From sequence record NC_010155.1: a stretch of DNA of 40,449 bases; one strand, given 5' to 3'. The notes beneath the pieces were generated by a model. The model saw only the letters and a program-made list of their open reading frames with translations, made no database searches and had not been told where the DNA came from. Shown here one piece after another: positions 1 to 7,747 of the stretch (the stretch's first letter is position 1; the number at the start of each line of letters is the position of its first letter). A program made the position numbers and the translations under genes.

Positions 1-288
1 TAACATCAAGTATGAGGATACTACACACAACATAAAGTATCTACACAATACACGTAACATCTAGTACAAATTTAATTAGTATATAGTACCCTAAGTCATT
101 GCCTCTTATTAAGAAGATACATTTTGATATGTTACCATATGGGGGTATGGTATCTCATTTCCCGTTTCTCATTCTTTCATTTCCCGTTTCCCGTTTCTTC
201 GTACCCTATGTCATTGTTTCCGTATCTAGTTCTCTCGTTCTCATTTTCTCGTTCCTCGTATCTCTTGTCTTCGTACCCTATGTCATTT
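1..288. repeat. Left inverted terminal repeat (288 bp)
   Basis: 1-288 is the exact reverse complement of 40162-40449, checked line by line; first mismatch at 289 vs 40161. Confidence 0.97.
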
Positions 289-470
289 ATTCTCGTTCTC
301 GTTTCTCGTTCTTTCGTTTATCGTTCGTCGTATTTTCGTTCGTAGTGTCCTATGTCATTGTTTCCTTTCCTCGTTCCTCATATCTCATTTTCTCGTTCTT
401 CACATTTCGTTCGTTAGTATCTAATGTCGTTGTTTCCTTTCCTCGTTCATTCGTACCCTATGTCATTTAT
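198..470 (+). repeat. Pyrimidine-rich subterminal array of regularly spaced direct repeats (core CCTATGTCATT)
   Basis: Core starts at 205, 277, 349 and 457, with a degenerate copy at 421. TGTTTCCTTTCCTCGTTC is identical at 359 and 431. The period is 72 bp. Confidence 0.9.
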
Positions 471-829
471 CTCGATTTTAAGTCCATGATGTTCACTATT
501 ATTCCCATTATCAAATACGCCATCAGATAAACATACCCTGCTAGACATAATTTCCCCGTCAGAATTACTATTGGGAAATTCCTGCTAACTAGGTACATTA
601 AGTCAATTTCTGATATCACTCCCAGTGCATTTACGATTAGAATTAGTCTTGGTTCGCCATTCTGAATGTAATTTATTGTCGATTCATATAAGCTCCAAAG
701 TGAAAAAATAATGATTGTCGTATATACATACCACGATGGATAGCATGCATGGATTTCAATTCCCACTAGCCATCCTGCTACTGGATATATGCCCATTATG
801 AATCGTAGTTCGTGAGTTATTCTAGTCAT
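467..829 (-). CDS. Hypothetical membrane protein, 120 aa
   Basis: Last ORF of the left-arm minus-strand gene run; several hydrophobic segments. Confidence 0.7.
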   Translation of the reverse strand: MTRITHELRFIMGIYPVAGWLVGIEIHACYPSWYVYTTIIIFSLWSLYESTINYIQNGEPRLILIVNALGVISEIDLMYLVSRNFPIVILTGKLCLAGYVYLMAYLIMGIIVNIMDLKSR

Positions 830-832
830 TAT

Positions 833-1063
833 CTATACTTCCATTTCTGCTATTACAAATTTGTCTTCAATTTCTGTTGCCCTTATTAAATTTTTTACGT
901 CTTTTTTCAATATTTTAGTTATATCTTTTGTCTTTCTTTCCTCTATTTTTCTCGATATTTCTATTAACAAGTTTGCATAATCTTCCATGTCGCAGTAATT
1001 ATTGAATGTTCTTTGTGTTATTACCTGTCCTTTGTCATTAACTACTGTAACTACGTACATCAT
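833..1063 (-). CDS. Hypothetical protein, 76 aa
   Basis: Tightly packed in operon; K/E-rich typical viral composition. Confidence 0.8.
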   Translation of the reverse strand: MMYVVTVVNDKGQVITQRTFNNYCDMEDYANLLIEISRKIEERKTKDITKILKKDVKNLIRATEIEDKFVIAEMEV

Positions 1064-1069
1064 TCCCTA

Positions 1070-1255
1070 TCATCCCGTGATTATCGTTATTTTGTTTTCC
1101 ACTTTAAATACGATTTTATCTTCTCTTTCTATTTTTTCTACTTTATATCCCATTTTTTCTAAGTCCTCAACTAACATTTCTGCATATGCTGTTGTCATTT
1201 TTTGTGTTGGTTCTATTATCACTTTATTGATTTCTGCTATTGTTATTCCGTTCAT
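1070..1255 (-). CDS. Hypothetical protein, 61 aa
   Basis: ATGA overlap with upstream ORF; AGGTGA Shine-Dalgarno (SD). Confidence 0.8.
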   Translation of the reverse strand: MNGITIAEINKVIIEPTQKMTTAYAEMLVEDLEKMGYKVEKIEREDKIVFKVENKITIITG

Positions 1256-1506
1256 ATTCCTCGTATCACCTTGTTATCTGCTCTTATTATCTTTCGTAGA
1301 AACTCTGCTGGCGTTAGGACATATGCTTTTTCATTGTCTGTCGTTATTATTATCCTTGCGTAATTTTCAGTTTCCTTCAACTCGATGTTTATTATTTTTT
1401 CTTCTTTATTCTTGTTGACGATGTATGCCTCTTTGGAGTTTCGTATTATGTTTAGTTTTTCCATAACTAGTTTCCTGATTAGATTGTCATTCATGGGGTT
1501 TGGCAT
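1252..1506 (-). CDS. Hypothetical protein, 84 aa (one copy of a beta-rich T/S-x-x-x-FL repeat domain)
   Basis: GGTGA SD; abuts stop of upstream ORF; ends its domain with YVLTPAEFL. Confidence 0.8.
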   Translation of the reverse strand: MPNPMNDNLIRKLVMEKLNIIRNSKEAYIVNKNKEEKIINIELKETENYARIIITTDNEKAYVLTPAEFLRKIIRADNKVIRGI

Positions 1507-1929
1507 TTACATCACCTTTGCTGTTTTGTAAGATTCTAGGAAATCTCTTGGGCTTTGTGTGTAAATTGTCCCGTCTTCAGTTTCAGTTATTATATAGTTT
1601 CCTTCTTTTCTTATATTCGTCATTTTCTTTCCTTTGAAGAACAACTGGTAACCTTCTTTCTGTAGCTCACGTATTGTGTTTAACATGTTTTCTACTTCGT
1701 TTTCATCGACGTTCGTTGTTTTTCTCTTTTCAACTATTATCTCTCTCTCCAAGAACTGTTCTTTCGTTAGTAGTAGCATTTCCCCATCCATGAATTCTAC
1801 TATTACTATTCCATTTTTCGTGTAAATTGACTTTACTCGTTCAACCCCATCTGCTCTTCTCATTTTTACTTTTTTTCCATTTTTAATTAACGAATTGATT
1901 TGACCTATTTTTTCTTCCACGGGTTCCAT
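1507..1929 (-). CDS. Hypothetical protein, 140 aa, with internal duplication
   Basis: Two similar halves ending DGEMLLLTKEQFLE and DGTIYTQSPRDFLE. Confidence 0.85.
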   Translation of the reverse strand: MEPVEEKIGQINSLIKNGKKVKMRRADGVERVKSIYTKNGIVIVEFMDGEMLLLTKEQFLEREIIVEKRKTTNVDENEVENMLNTIRELQKEGYQLFFKGKKMTNIRKEGNYIITETEDGTIYTQSPRDFLESYKTAKVM

Positions 1930-1960
1930 ATGAGCATATGGTTATTGGTGGTTAAAAAAA

Positions 1961-2203
1961 TTATCCCTCTGCTTGTAGTATGTATTTTCCGCTTTTCGTT
2001 ACGATTAGTTCTTTTACGGCGATATTCATTCCCAGTGCTGACGTTGCCTCTTGTATTATTTTATCCTCTATTTCTTTTAGCTCGTCAATTTCTTTCAGTC
2101 TTTCTGATTTCGTCAAGTTGATTTTCGTTGTGCCAAGCGCTTCGAAAATGTCTTGTATTGACGAGACGTCGATCTCTCCTTCAATCCTTACCTTGATTTT
2201 CAT
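1961..2203 (-). CDS. Hypothetical protein, 80 aa
   Basis: GGGAG SD before ATG; operon context. Confidence 0.8.
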   Translation of the reverse strand: MKIKVRIEGEIDVSSIQDIFEALGTTKINLTKSERLKEIDELKEIEDKIIQEATSALGMNIAVKELIVTKSGKYILQAEG

Positions 2204-2471
2204 ACTCCCACATCAAGATAATTTTTCCTTCCATGGTTATTTTACCTTTCTTGAACGTTACGATGTTCGGCACTTTCTTCTTATAGAACGAGACCACGTC
2301 GTTTATGATTTCTTTCATTTCCTCGTTTTTGGTTATGTCTCTTCCTACTATTGTCGTTTCGGTGAATGATATTTCCTCTTTTCCTATCAGTTTTACAAGT
2401 GCTAGGAGGAATTTGCCTTCTTTCGTCTTTTTTGCGTCGTCACTTGTTCCGATTATTATGTGTCTGATCGT
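2181..2471 (-). CDS. 96-codon ORF missing from the ORF track, probable ACG start
   Basis: Manual translation: (M/T)IRHIIIGTSDDAKKTKEGKFLLALVKLIGKEEISF...ILMWEYENQGKD*. GGTGA SD lies 6 nt before ACG, there is an in-frame TGA three codons upstream, and the ORF fills the only gap in the operon. Confidence 0.7.
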   Translation of the reverse strand, partial: TIRHIIIGTSDDAKKTKEGKFLLALVKLIGKEEISFTETTIVGRDITKNEEMKEIINDVVSFYKKKVPNIVTFKKGKITMEGKIILMWEYENQGKD

Positions 2472-2472
2472 G

Positions 2473-3084
2473 TTACCTCACCTTTGAGAATTGACATGAT
2501 TTTCTTAACTCACAATATCTGCATTCGTTGAATGGTGCTATAAGTGTTTTTGTCATGTACATCTCTATTTGCCGTTTTATCCATTCATCGTCCACGTGAT
2601 ATTGAGAGAAGAATGTTTGTCCTGTTTCTATTTCTGTTACTTTCCCGTCTTCCACTATGAACTCCCGCATTTCATTATTCCCCACGTATACGATTACTCC
2701 TTTTGTTGCGTTCACCATGTTCATGTATATCAGCACTTGGAATATGTGTTCTTCGTAGGGATGATCTGGAGGTTTAGCTACTGTTTTGAATTCTATTACG
2801 ATGTTGTCTTCAGTTAGTCCGTCTAGTCTTCCTATTAATGTGTAGTCTCCGTACTGTTTCCTCACTTCTTTCTCAAATTCTATCTTCTTTTCTCCATACA
2901 TCGTTAGCAATTTCTCTAGTCCCTCGTGTAATGCTACTCCTCTAATTATCGACGTTTCTGGTTCCTCTCTTTTTGGTCTCAGTACGCAGTGTAAAAGGTC
3001 TGTAACGTAGACTTCGCCTTCTTTCTTTGGTGAGTGTTCTTGTTGCATTTTCTTGAATGCTTTCCTAATTTCTTCCACTATCAT
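2473..3084 (-). CDS. cas4: Cas4-like RecB/PD-(D/E)xK nuclease with 4-Cys (Fe-S) staple, 203 aa
   Basis: N-terminal Cys (DLLHC), GRLDG...IEFK, QVLIY, C-terminal [10 protein letters not shown]. Confidence 0.9.
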   Translation of the reverse strand: MIVEEIRKAFKKMQQEHSPKKEGEVYVTDLLHCVLRPKREEPETSIIRGVALHEGLEKLLTMYGEKKIEFEKEVRKQYGDYTLIGRLDGLTEDNIVIEFKTVAKPPDHPYEEHIFQVLIYMNMVNATKGVIVYVGNNEMREFIVEDGKVTEIETGQTFFSQYHVDDEWIKRQIEMYMTKTLIAPFNECRYCELRKSCQFSKVR

Positions 3085-4862
3085 CTACAGATCACCTCAA
3101 CCATTTTTTCGCCTAGGACTGTTTTTGCTGTCTGCTTGTTCATGCATAATTCCGTCTTATTGTGTATTCCAGCTCTCATTAGCTGTACTGCTCTTTTTCT
3201 TCCAATGCCCGGTAGTCTGACCAATGCTAAGGCTTCGCTTGGGACTCCATATCTAGTTTCTAGGTAGAGCATCTGGAGTTTTTTCGCTAGTTCTGTCCTG
3301 CCGAGTGCTTTTGATATTCTGTATACACCGTACGTTTGCCACGCTAGTGTTTCTACTAGTTTGTTCAAGTCGTGTAATGACATCCCTTTTGTACTCTTCA
3401 CGATGATCTTGTCATCAACTCCTTTTATCCAGTTTTCGAAAATTGTTCTCACGTTTTCACCTTTTGATGCGTCTAGTACATTCCTATTTTCTAATACTGC
3501 ATTTACAATGTCTTCTATCGTTGCATTGTCTTTATCTAGTACGTCCTTGTATGCGATTGCGTCTCTGACGTCGAAATATGATTCTGCTACAGCCCTTCCA
3601 TAGGTCGTTGTATAGTATCCTGTGCTGTCATGTCCTAGAATGTTCGCTTCGACTAGTTTGTTTGCTGTCTCTATTATTTCCTTTTCGTCTAGTTCTCTGA
3701 ACGATAACGTGTATCTTGTCACTCTTTTCAACTTATCCTCTTTCATATACACGTACTTGGATACTGTTGCGAGGATGAAGTCTTCAAGAACATGGTGCGG
3801 TGTTAGGTTTCCGTAGTCTACGTTGAAGTAGCGCTTTCTCAATTTTTCAGCTTCTTTCATGTCAGTTGCTTCAATTACGCAAAGTCCCTCTTCGTCGTAT
3901 CCAGGTCTTCCTGCACGTCCGCAAATTTGGTCGAACTCGATTGGTGTTAGTGATCTCCATCCGAGAAATCTTCCGTACTCGATGATAGGTAATTTCAAGT
4001 CGTCGAAAATCACGGCATAGAATGGGAAGTTTACGCCTTGTCCTAATGCGGTTGTTGTTATAATGATGTTATACTTTCCCTGCTTGGTTTCTTCTAGCAG
4101 TCTCAGTTTGGCGTCTGGTTCTAATCCTGCATGGAAGAATGCAACCCTCCCCTTGTATCTTTTATCGTAAATTAGGTAAAGTTCTTCTGCCTTTTTTCTG
4201 GTGCTTGTGAAGATCATTACGACCTTGCCTTTTCTTACAAGTTTCGTAACTATATCCTCTTTCATTTCTATCTTGTCCCCATCCTCAAAAATTAGTGTTT
4301 TTCCTATTTTGATTGCCTTATAGATGGGAATTGGTCTTTCGTCAGTTTGTAATACTTCAGCGTTTGTTATGTCTGCTATCTTATCCACGTCCGGGATAGT
4401 TGCACTCATCATTATGAGCCGTATTCCCTCATTCATTGCATACGCCATAAGGTTCTCTATTGCTTTACCTCTCTCTTTATCACCAACGTTGTGTATTTCG
4501 TCTATGATAATCATATTCACGTTGTTTGTCCATCCGTAATGTCTTCTTAGTACTGCGTCAGCTTTCTCGTACGTTGTAAAGATGATCTTGGCGTCTATGT
4601 TTTCAGGGTCCTCGTCGTAAACTTCGCTTGTTAGTGCGGTAGTTGGCGTTGATGACGATATCTTTTTTTGGAAGTCGTCATTTAGCTGTAGAGCCAACGC
4701 TTTCAGAGGGACAGTGTAGAGTACTCTTCCGTTTGCTTCGCTTGACATTAGCATTGCTAGGAATGATTTTCCTGTACCGGTGGGTGCTGAGATTAGTATG
4801 TTTTTACTCGTGTTGTGGAATACGTTGAGTACTTTTTGTTGGAATTCATTGAGCTTTATCAT
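3081..4862 (-). CDS. SF2 Ski2/Hel308(Hjm)-like DNA helicase, 593 aa
   Basis: [40 protein letters not shown] and C-terminal Hh[10 protein letters not shown]. Start moved to ATG 4862, which follows a GGTGA SD. Confidence 0.95.
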   Translation of the reverse strand: MIKLNEFQQKVLNVFHNTSKNILISAPTGTGKSFLAMLMSSEANGRVLYTVPLKALALQLNDDFQKKISSSTPTTALTSEVYDEDPENIDAKIIFTTYEKADAVLRRHYGWTNNVNMIIIDEIHNVGDKERGKAIENLMAYAMNEGIRLIMMSATIPDVDKIADITNAEVLQTDERPIPIYKAIKIGKTLIFEDGDKIEMKEDIVTKLVRKGKVVMIFTSTRKKAEELYLIYDKRYKGRVAFFHAGLEPDAKLRLLEETKQGKYNIIITTTALGQGVNFPFYAVIFDDLKLPIIEYGRFLGWRSLTPIEFDQICGRAGRPGYDEEGLCVIEATDMKEAEKLRKRYFNVDYGNLTPHHVLEDFILATVSKYVYMKEDKLKRVTRYTLSFRELDEKEIIETANKLVEANILGHDSTGYYTTTYGRAVAESYFDVRDAIAYKDVLDKDNATIEDIVNAVLENRNVLDASKGENVRTIFENWIKGVDDKIIVKSTKGMSLHDLNKLVETLAWQTYGVYRISKALGRTELAKKLQMLYLETRYGVPSEALALVRLPGIGRKRAVQLMRAGIHNKTELCMNKQTAKTVLGEKMVEVICR

Positions 4863-5085
4863 TTTTCTCACCTGAGTAGAATTCTCTCTCATCTATTTTT
4901 CGAATTACTGAAATTTTTGAGATTTTAATGTATATTGGATTTTGTTGCTGGTCTTCACCAAGAATGTTATTGTAATCGTCTATCTCTATGATCTTTAGTC
5001 TGTATTTTCGTCCTTGAGCCAAGACCTCTACGATATCTCCAACTGAGAATGAGATTTTTCCTAAGTTGAGTTGTTTTTTAGCCAT
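4846..5085 (-). CDS. Putative Sm/Hfq-like protein, 79 aa
   Basis: LKIIEIDDYNNIL resembles Sm1; IYIKISKISVI resembles the Hfq Sm2 motif (YKHAISTV). Own TATA about 26 nt upstream. Confidence 0.55.
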   Translation of the reverse strand: MAKKQLNLGKISFSVGDIVEVLAQGRKYRLKIIEIDDYNNILGEDQQQNPIYIKISKISVIRKIDEREFYSGEKNDKAQ

Positions 5086-5146
5086 TACTTTATGGTATCA
5101 CATTCCAGAATTTAAGTTTTTTATTCCCTTTCTCCTACTGTTGTTT

Positions 5147-5332
5147 ATGAGAGTTATTGTCCACGTTGAGGGTGTTGTAGACGTAGAAGAACCTTGTGAA
5201 GACGAATTGGAATGTCTTCTAATTTATTCACAAATGCTTGAGAAGTATGAGAATGAGTTAGGCTATTGCTACGGACTGAGTTTGCAAGAAAGAGTTAAGT
5301 GTTCACACGGTTATGTCGAGATAAAGAGGTAA
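5147..5332 (+). CDS. Small acidic Cys-containing protein, 61 aa
   Basis: MRVIVHVEG... portion of ORF 5066..5332; TATA (TTTAAG 5111-5116) fits a leaderless start. Confidence 0.65.
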   Translation: MRVIVHVEGVVDVEEPCEDELECLLIYSQMLEKYENELGYCYGLSLQERVKCSHGYVEIKR

Positions 5333-5338
5333 AAAAAT

Positions 5339-5890
5339 TCATTTTGATTTAAATGCTTCATACTGTTTCTTTAGTGCTAGTAGCTGGCTGGGATGGACTA
5401 AAACCAACATCGGTTGCGGATAATCCGATTGCTGGTACGCAACCCCGACGATTACGGATCCCTGCTTAAGTTTTGGCACAACGTTTCTCAACAACGAGTA
5501 GTATACTCCCTGTGATGTTGAGAACAAGTAGACTTCTTTCTTTTTGCTATTGATCTCTTTTACTAGGTCAATGGGTATCGTTTGTTGGTCTTGTATTGTA
5601 TTGACTATCTTTTCTATCAACTGGTCGTCAGTTATTACGTATCCGTCAATTTGAGATACCTGCCCTGGTTCGTTGGACTTATTAAAGATGACATCATGAA
5701 TTTCCACTTTCTTTATAATTAGCAATTTCCAGACGTATTTATTCAGATTTTCCCTTTGAAATGGCAGTACGAGTTCATCAGACGTCGCTTGTTCTTGCAA
5801 TTCTATTTTCTGGGTTTGGGCTTCTTCTGGCATTTCTTCGCTTTGTTCTTCCTCTTGCAATTCCTCTTTTATTTTTGATTTCTCTACCAT
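5339..5890 (-). CDS. Hypothetical protein, 183 aa, with acidic disordered N-terminus
   Basis: GAGGTGG SD; E/Q-rich N-terminus followed by a globular region. Confidence 0.85.
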   Translation of the reverse strand: MVEKSKIKEELQEEEQSEEMPEEAQTQKIELQEQATSDELVLPFQRENLNKYVWKLLIIKKVEIHDVIFNKSNEPGQVSQIDGYVITDDQLIEKIVNTIQDQQTIPIDLVKEINSKKKEVYLFSTSQGVYYSLLRNVVPKLKQGSVIVGVAYQQSDYPQPMLVLVHPSQLLALKKQYEAFKSK

Positions 5891-6033
5891 TTTCTTACCA
5901 CCTCTTTCAATTCCTGTGGATATGTATCCCAGTATTGACAGAATTCTAAAAAAACTTTCTCCGTATGACTTAATGCCTCCAGGGGTAAGCCCTGGGGGTT
6001 AACTATTTTTTCACATTCCTCGAAGCTGGGCAT
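5884..6033 (-). CDS. Small protein, 49 aa (not in ORF track)
   Basis: Manual translation MPSFEECEKIVNPQGLPLEALSHTEKVFLEFCQYWDTYPQELKEVVRKW*. TTTAAATA TATA upstream, AAGGGG SD, stop overlaps start of the 183-aa gene. Confidence 0.7.
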   Translation of the reverse strand: MPSFEECEKIVNPQGLPLEALSHTEKVFLEFCQYWDTYPQELKEVVRKW

Positions 6034-6132
6034 CTTTTTCCCCTTACCAAAATGTAGTAGAACAAGTATTTAAACATTTTCTTTCGTGAAGCTTTATATA
6101 CCAGTTTGTGATATCATATTTTAGTGGTCAGA

Positions 6133-6363
6133 ATGGAGAAAAGCGTTGAGGAGGAAATTATTTCTAAGATAAGGGATAGGTTGTGTGAATCGGGATACTT
6201 AATCAGTCATGTGGTTCTTTTTAAAATGAGTGAAAAATCTGGATTTTTTTATATCGTGGTTGAAGGGGATCAGGGACTTACATTAGTTGAAAGAGGGAGG
6301 TATACCATATCAGGGAATTCTCTTATGATCCAACTTTCAACAGGTGAGACATTTTATATCTAA
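6133..6363 (+). CDS. Hypothetical protein, 76 aa
   Basis: TTTATATA box near 6093; GTGGT SD; converges with the 143-aa gene. Confidence 0.75.
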   Translation: MEKSVEEEIISKIRDRLCESGYLISHVVLFKMSEKSGFFYIVVEGDQGLTLVERGRYTISGNSLMIQLSTGETFYI

Positions 6364-6366
6364 AAA

Positions 6367-6798
6367 TCAATGAATTCTTATTTTTTTGAGCGTTCTTCGT
6401 GTTAATATGTATATTATTCTAAGTGCTTTTTTCTTTTCATTCTCTTCATCAACATTTTGTGCTAATTCTGTTATTATGTTTATTGTTGTTATTATTTCGT
6501 CTTCTTTCTTTTTGTCTATTTCGTCAATGTATAATAGATCGTTCGCAATTTCGTATGCTTTTGTAATCTCTTTCTGTAGTTTTAGTAACGTTGCTATTTT
6601 TTCTCCCTTTTCAGTTAGTATTGTGACGTCCTGGAATTCGTTTTTCTCTTTATTGAAAATTCGTTTTATTTCTGTTAGATCTTTTTTTGTGAGGCTGTTT
6701 ACAATTCGTCTCGTTTTCCCGTCTTTGATCGTAATTTGTTTCTCATCGAATAGCCGAATAAGAATTCTTTTTTCTCCTTTAGATAGCTCTTTTTCCAT
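6367..6798 (-). CDS. Winged-HTH (MarR-like) protein, 143 aa
   Basis: LSKGEKRILIRL...IVNSLTKKDL...LTEKGEKIA, a typical wHTH wing signature LTxxG. Confidence 0.65.
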   Translation of the reverse strand: MEKELSKGEKRILIRLFDEKQITIKDGKTRRIVNSLTKKDLTEIKRIFNKEKNEFQDVTILTEKGEKIATLLKLQKEITKAYEIANDLLYIDEIDKKKEDEIITTINIITELAQNVDEENEKKKALRIIYILTRRTLKKIRIH

Positions 6799-6842
6799 CT
6801 CTTTTACACCTTTATTTTATAAGAAATAGGATGAGAAAAAAA

Positions 6843-7172
6843 TTATTGAATTTCGAATAACCAAAGTTCATAGCCTATTTTTTCTAGCTCTTCTGTTGTT
6901 TTCACTACGACACCTTCAGGAAGGCGTTGCTTTAGCATAAATGCTAGGATTCTGTCTCCATGTGTCACTTTGATTTGGACTCTGTTCATTGGTACGTTAA
7001 CTCCTAAGATGCTCGACAAGAGTTCTGCTGTCGCTTGGTGACCGATGGCAGACGTGAATTGTTCTTTGGTCACTAGTTCTTTCGCTTCTTGGATAGTTAT
7101 TTCTTTTGCCTTGACAGTATACTCCTCCCCCGGTTTTAAGGGGAGGATTGCGGAATTCAAAATATACAGCAT
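6843..7172 (-). CDS. acrIII-1: DUF1874-family viral ring nuclease (anti-CRISPR against type III cA4 signalling), 109 aa
   Basis: SAIGH45, NR64, R83LPE86G correspond to the catalytic/binding residues (H47, R66, R85, E88) of the SIRV1 gp29/STIV B116 family. Confidence 0.92.
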   Translation of the reverse strand: MLYILNSAILPLKPGEEYTVKAKEITIQEAKELVTKEQFTSAIGHQATAELLSSILGVNVPMNRVQIKVTHGDRILAFMLKQRLPEGVVVKTTEELEKIGYELWLFEIQ

Positions 7173-7193
7173 ATGTTCTACTACAATCTTCGA

Positions 7194-7210
7194 ATATATA
7201 AGTTTTTTGT
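7194..7210 (-). promoter_or_regulatory. BRE-TATA promoter of acrIII-1
   Basis: Minus strand ACAAAAAAC-TTATATAT, 21 nt before the ATG (leaderless geometry). Confidence 0.75.
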
Positions 7211-7280
7211 TTAAGCCATGTCTTCATTTGTTCCTAATAATTTATTAAAGATAAAGGGATATGTTGTCTGGTGGGCTGGC

Positions 7281-7676
7281 GTGAAGAAAAGTAGAAAAGG
7301 ATTAAGTAATGCAGTTTCTGCCCTAATACTTGTAGTAGCTTCAGTAATAATAGCACTGATAGTTGTTGGATTTGCTTTCGGATTAATTGGTGCTTTTACT
7401 GCACAACCGGTAATACATGTAGTATATGCATACGTGCAAAATCATCATCTGTATGTTGTGTTACAGAATACTGGTAATGTGCCAGCTATGATAGTTGCTT
7501 ATATAATAGATGGTGAGGGACCTAATTCTACGAATATTCAAGTTCCTGTCGGAACGGTAACTATATCTATACCTCTACCGTCAAGTTTATCGCTCTCCTC
7601 TGGTCAGTTTGTAGACTTTACTTTGATTATTAGTAATGGGGAGGTTATACCAGGCGTAGCAACGGTAGAATGCTGA
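7281..7676 (+). CDS. Archaeal type IV pilin (class III signal peptide, Aap/DUF973-like), 131 aa
   Basis: GTG start after GGTGGG SD; KKSRKG/LSNAVSALILVVASVIIALIVVGFAFGL is a basic leader, prepilin cleavage site and hydrophobic N-helix. Confidence 0.85.
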   Translation: MKKSRKGLSNAVSALILVVASVIIALIVVGFAFGLIGAFTAQPVIHVVYAYVQNHHLYVVLQNTGNVPAMIVAYIIDGEGPNSTNIQVPVGTVTISIPLPSSLSLSSGQFVDFTLIISNGEVIPGVATVEC

Positions 7677-7747
7677 TTTTTTAAATTTATGCAATTTTTC
7701 TTTATGAAGAGAAGAAGGGAAGAATAAAAAAAGAGGTTGATTTTCAA

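Noticed and set aside
99-530. 143-aa and 73-aa ORFs in the left terminus (mirrored at 40058..40351 and 40102..40326)
   Set aside because: They arise from the stop-poor pyrimidine-rich repeat array (F/S/L/V/R-rich translations, several frames open) and have no clear promoter or SD; probably non-coding.
1002-4828. Plus-strand ORFs such as 1002..1418, 1980..2369, 2569..2817 and 3361..3603
   Set aside because: Antisense shadows of well-supported K/E-rich minus-strand genes. The same applies to similar short antisense ORFs throughout the window.
5975-5999. GC-rich hairpin CCTCCAGGG-GTAAG-CCCTGGGGG
   Set aside because: Lies inside the 49-aa ORF, has no U-tract, and archaeal terminators do not need hairpins; not called as a terminator or ncRNA.
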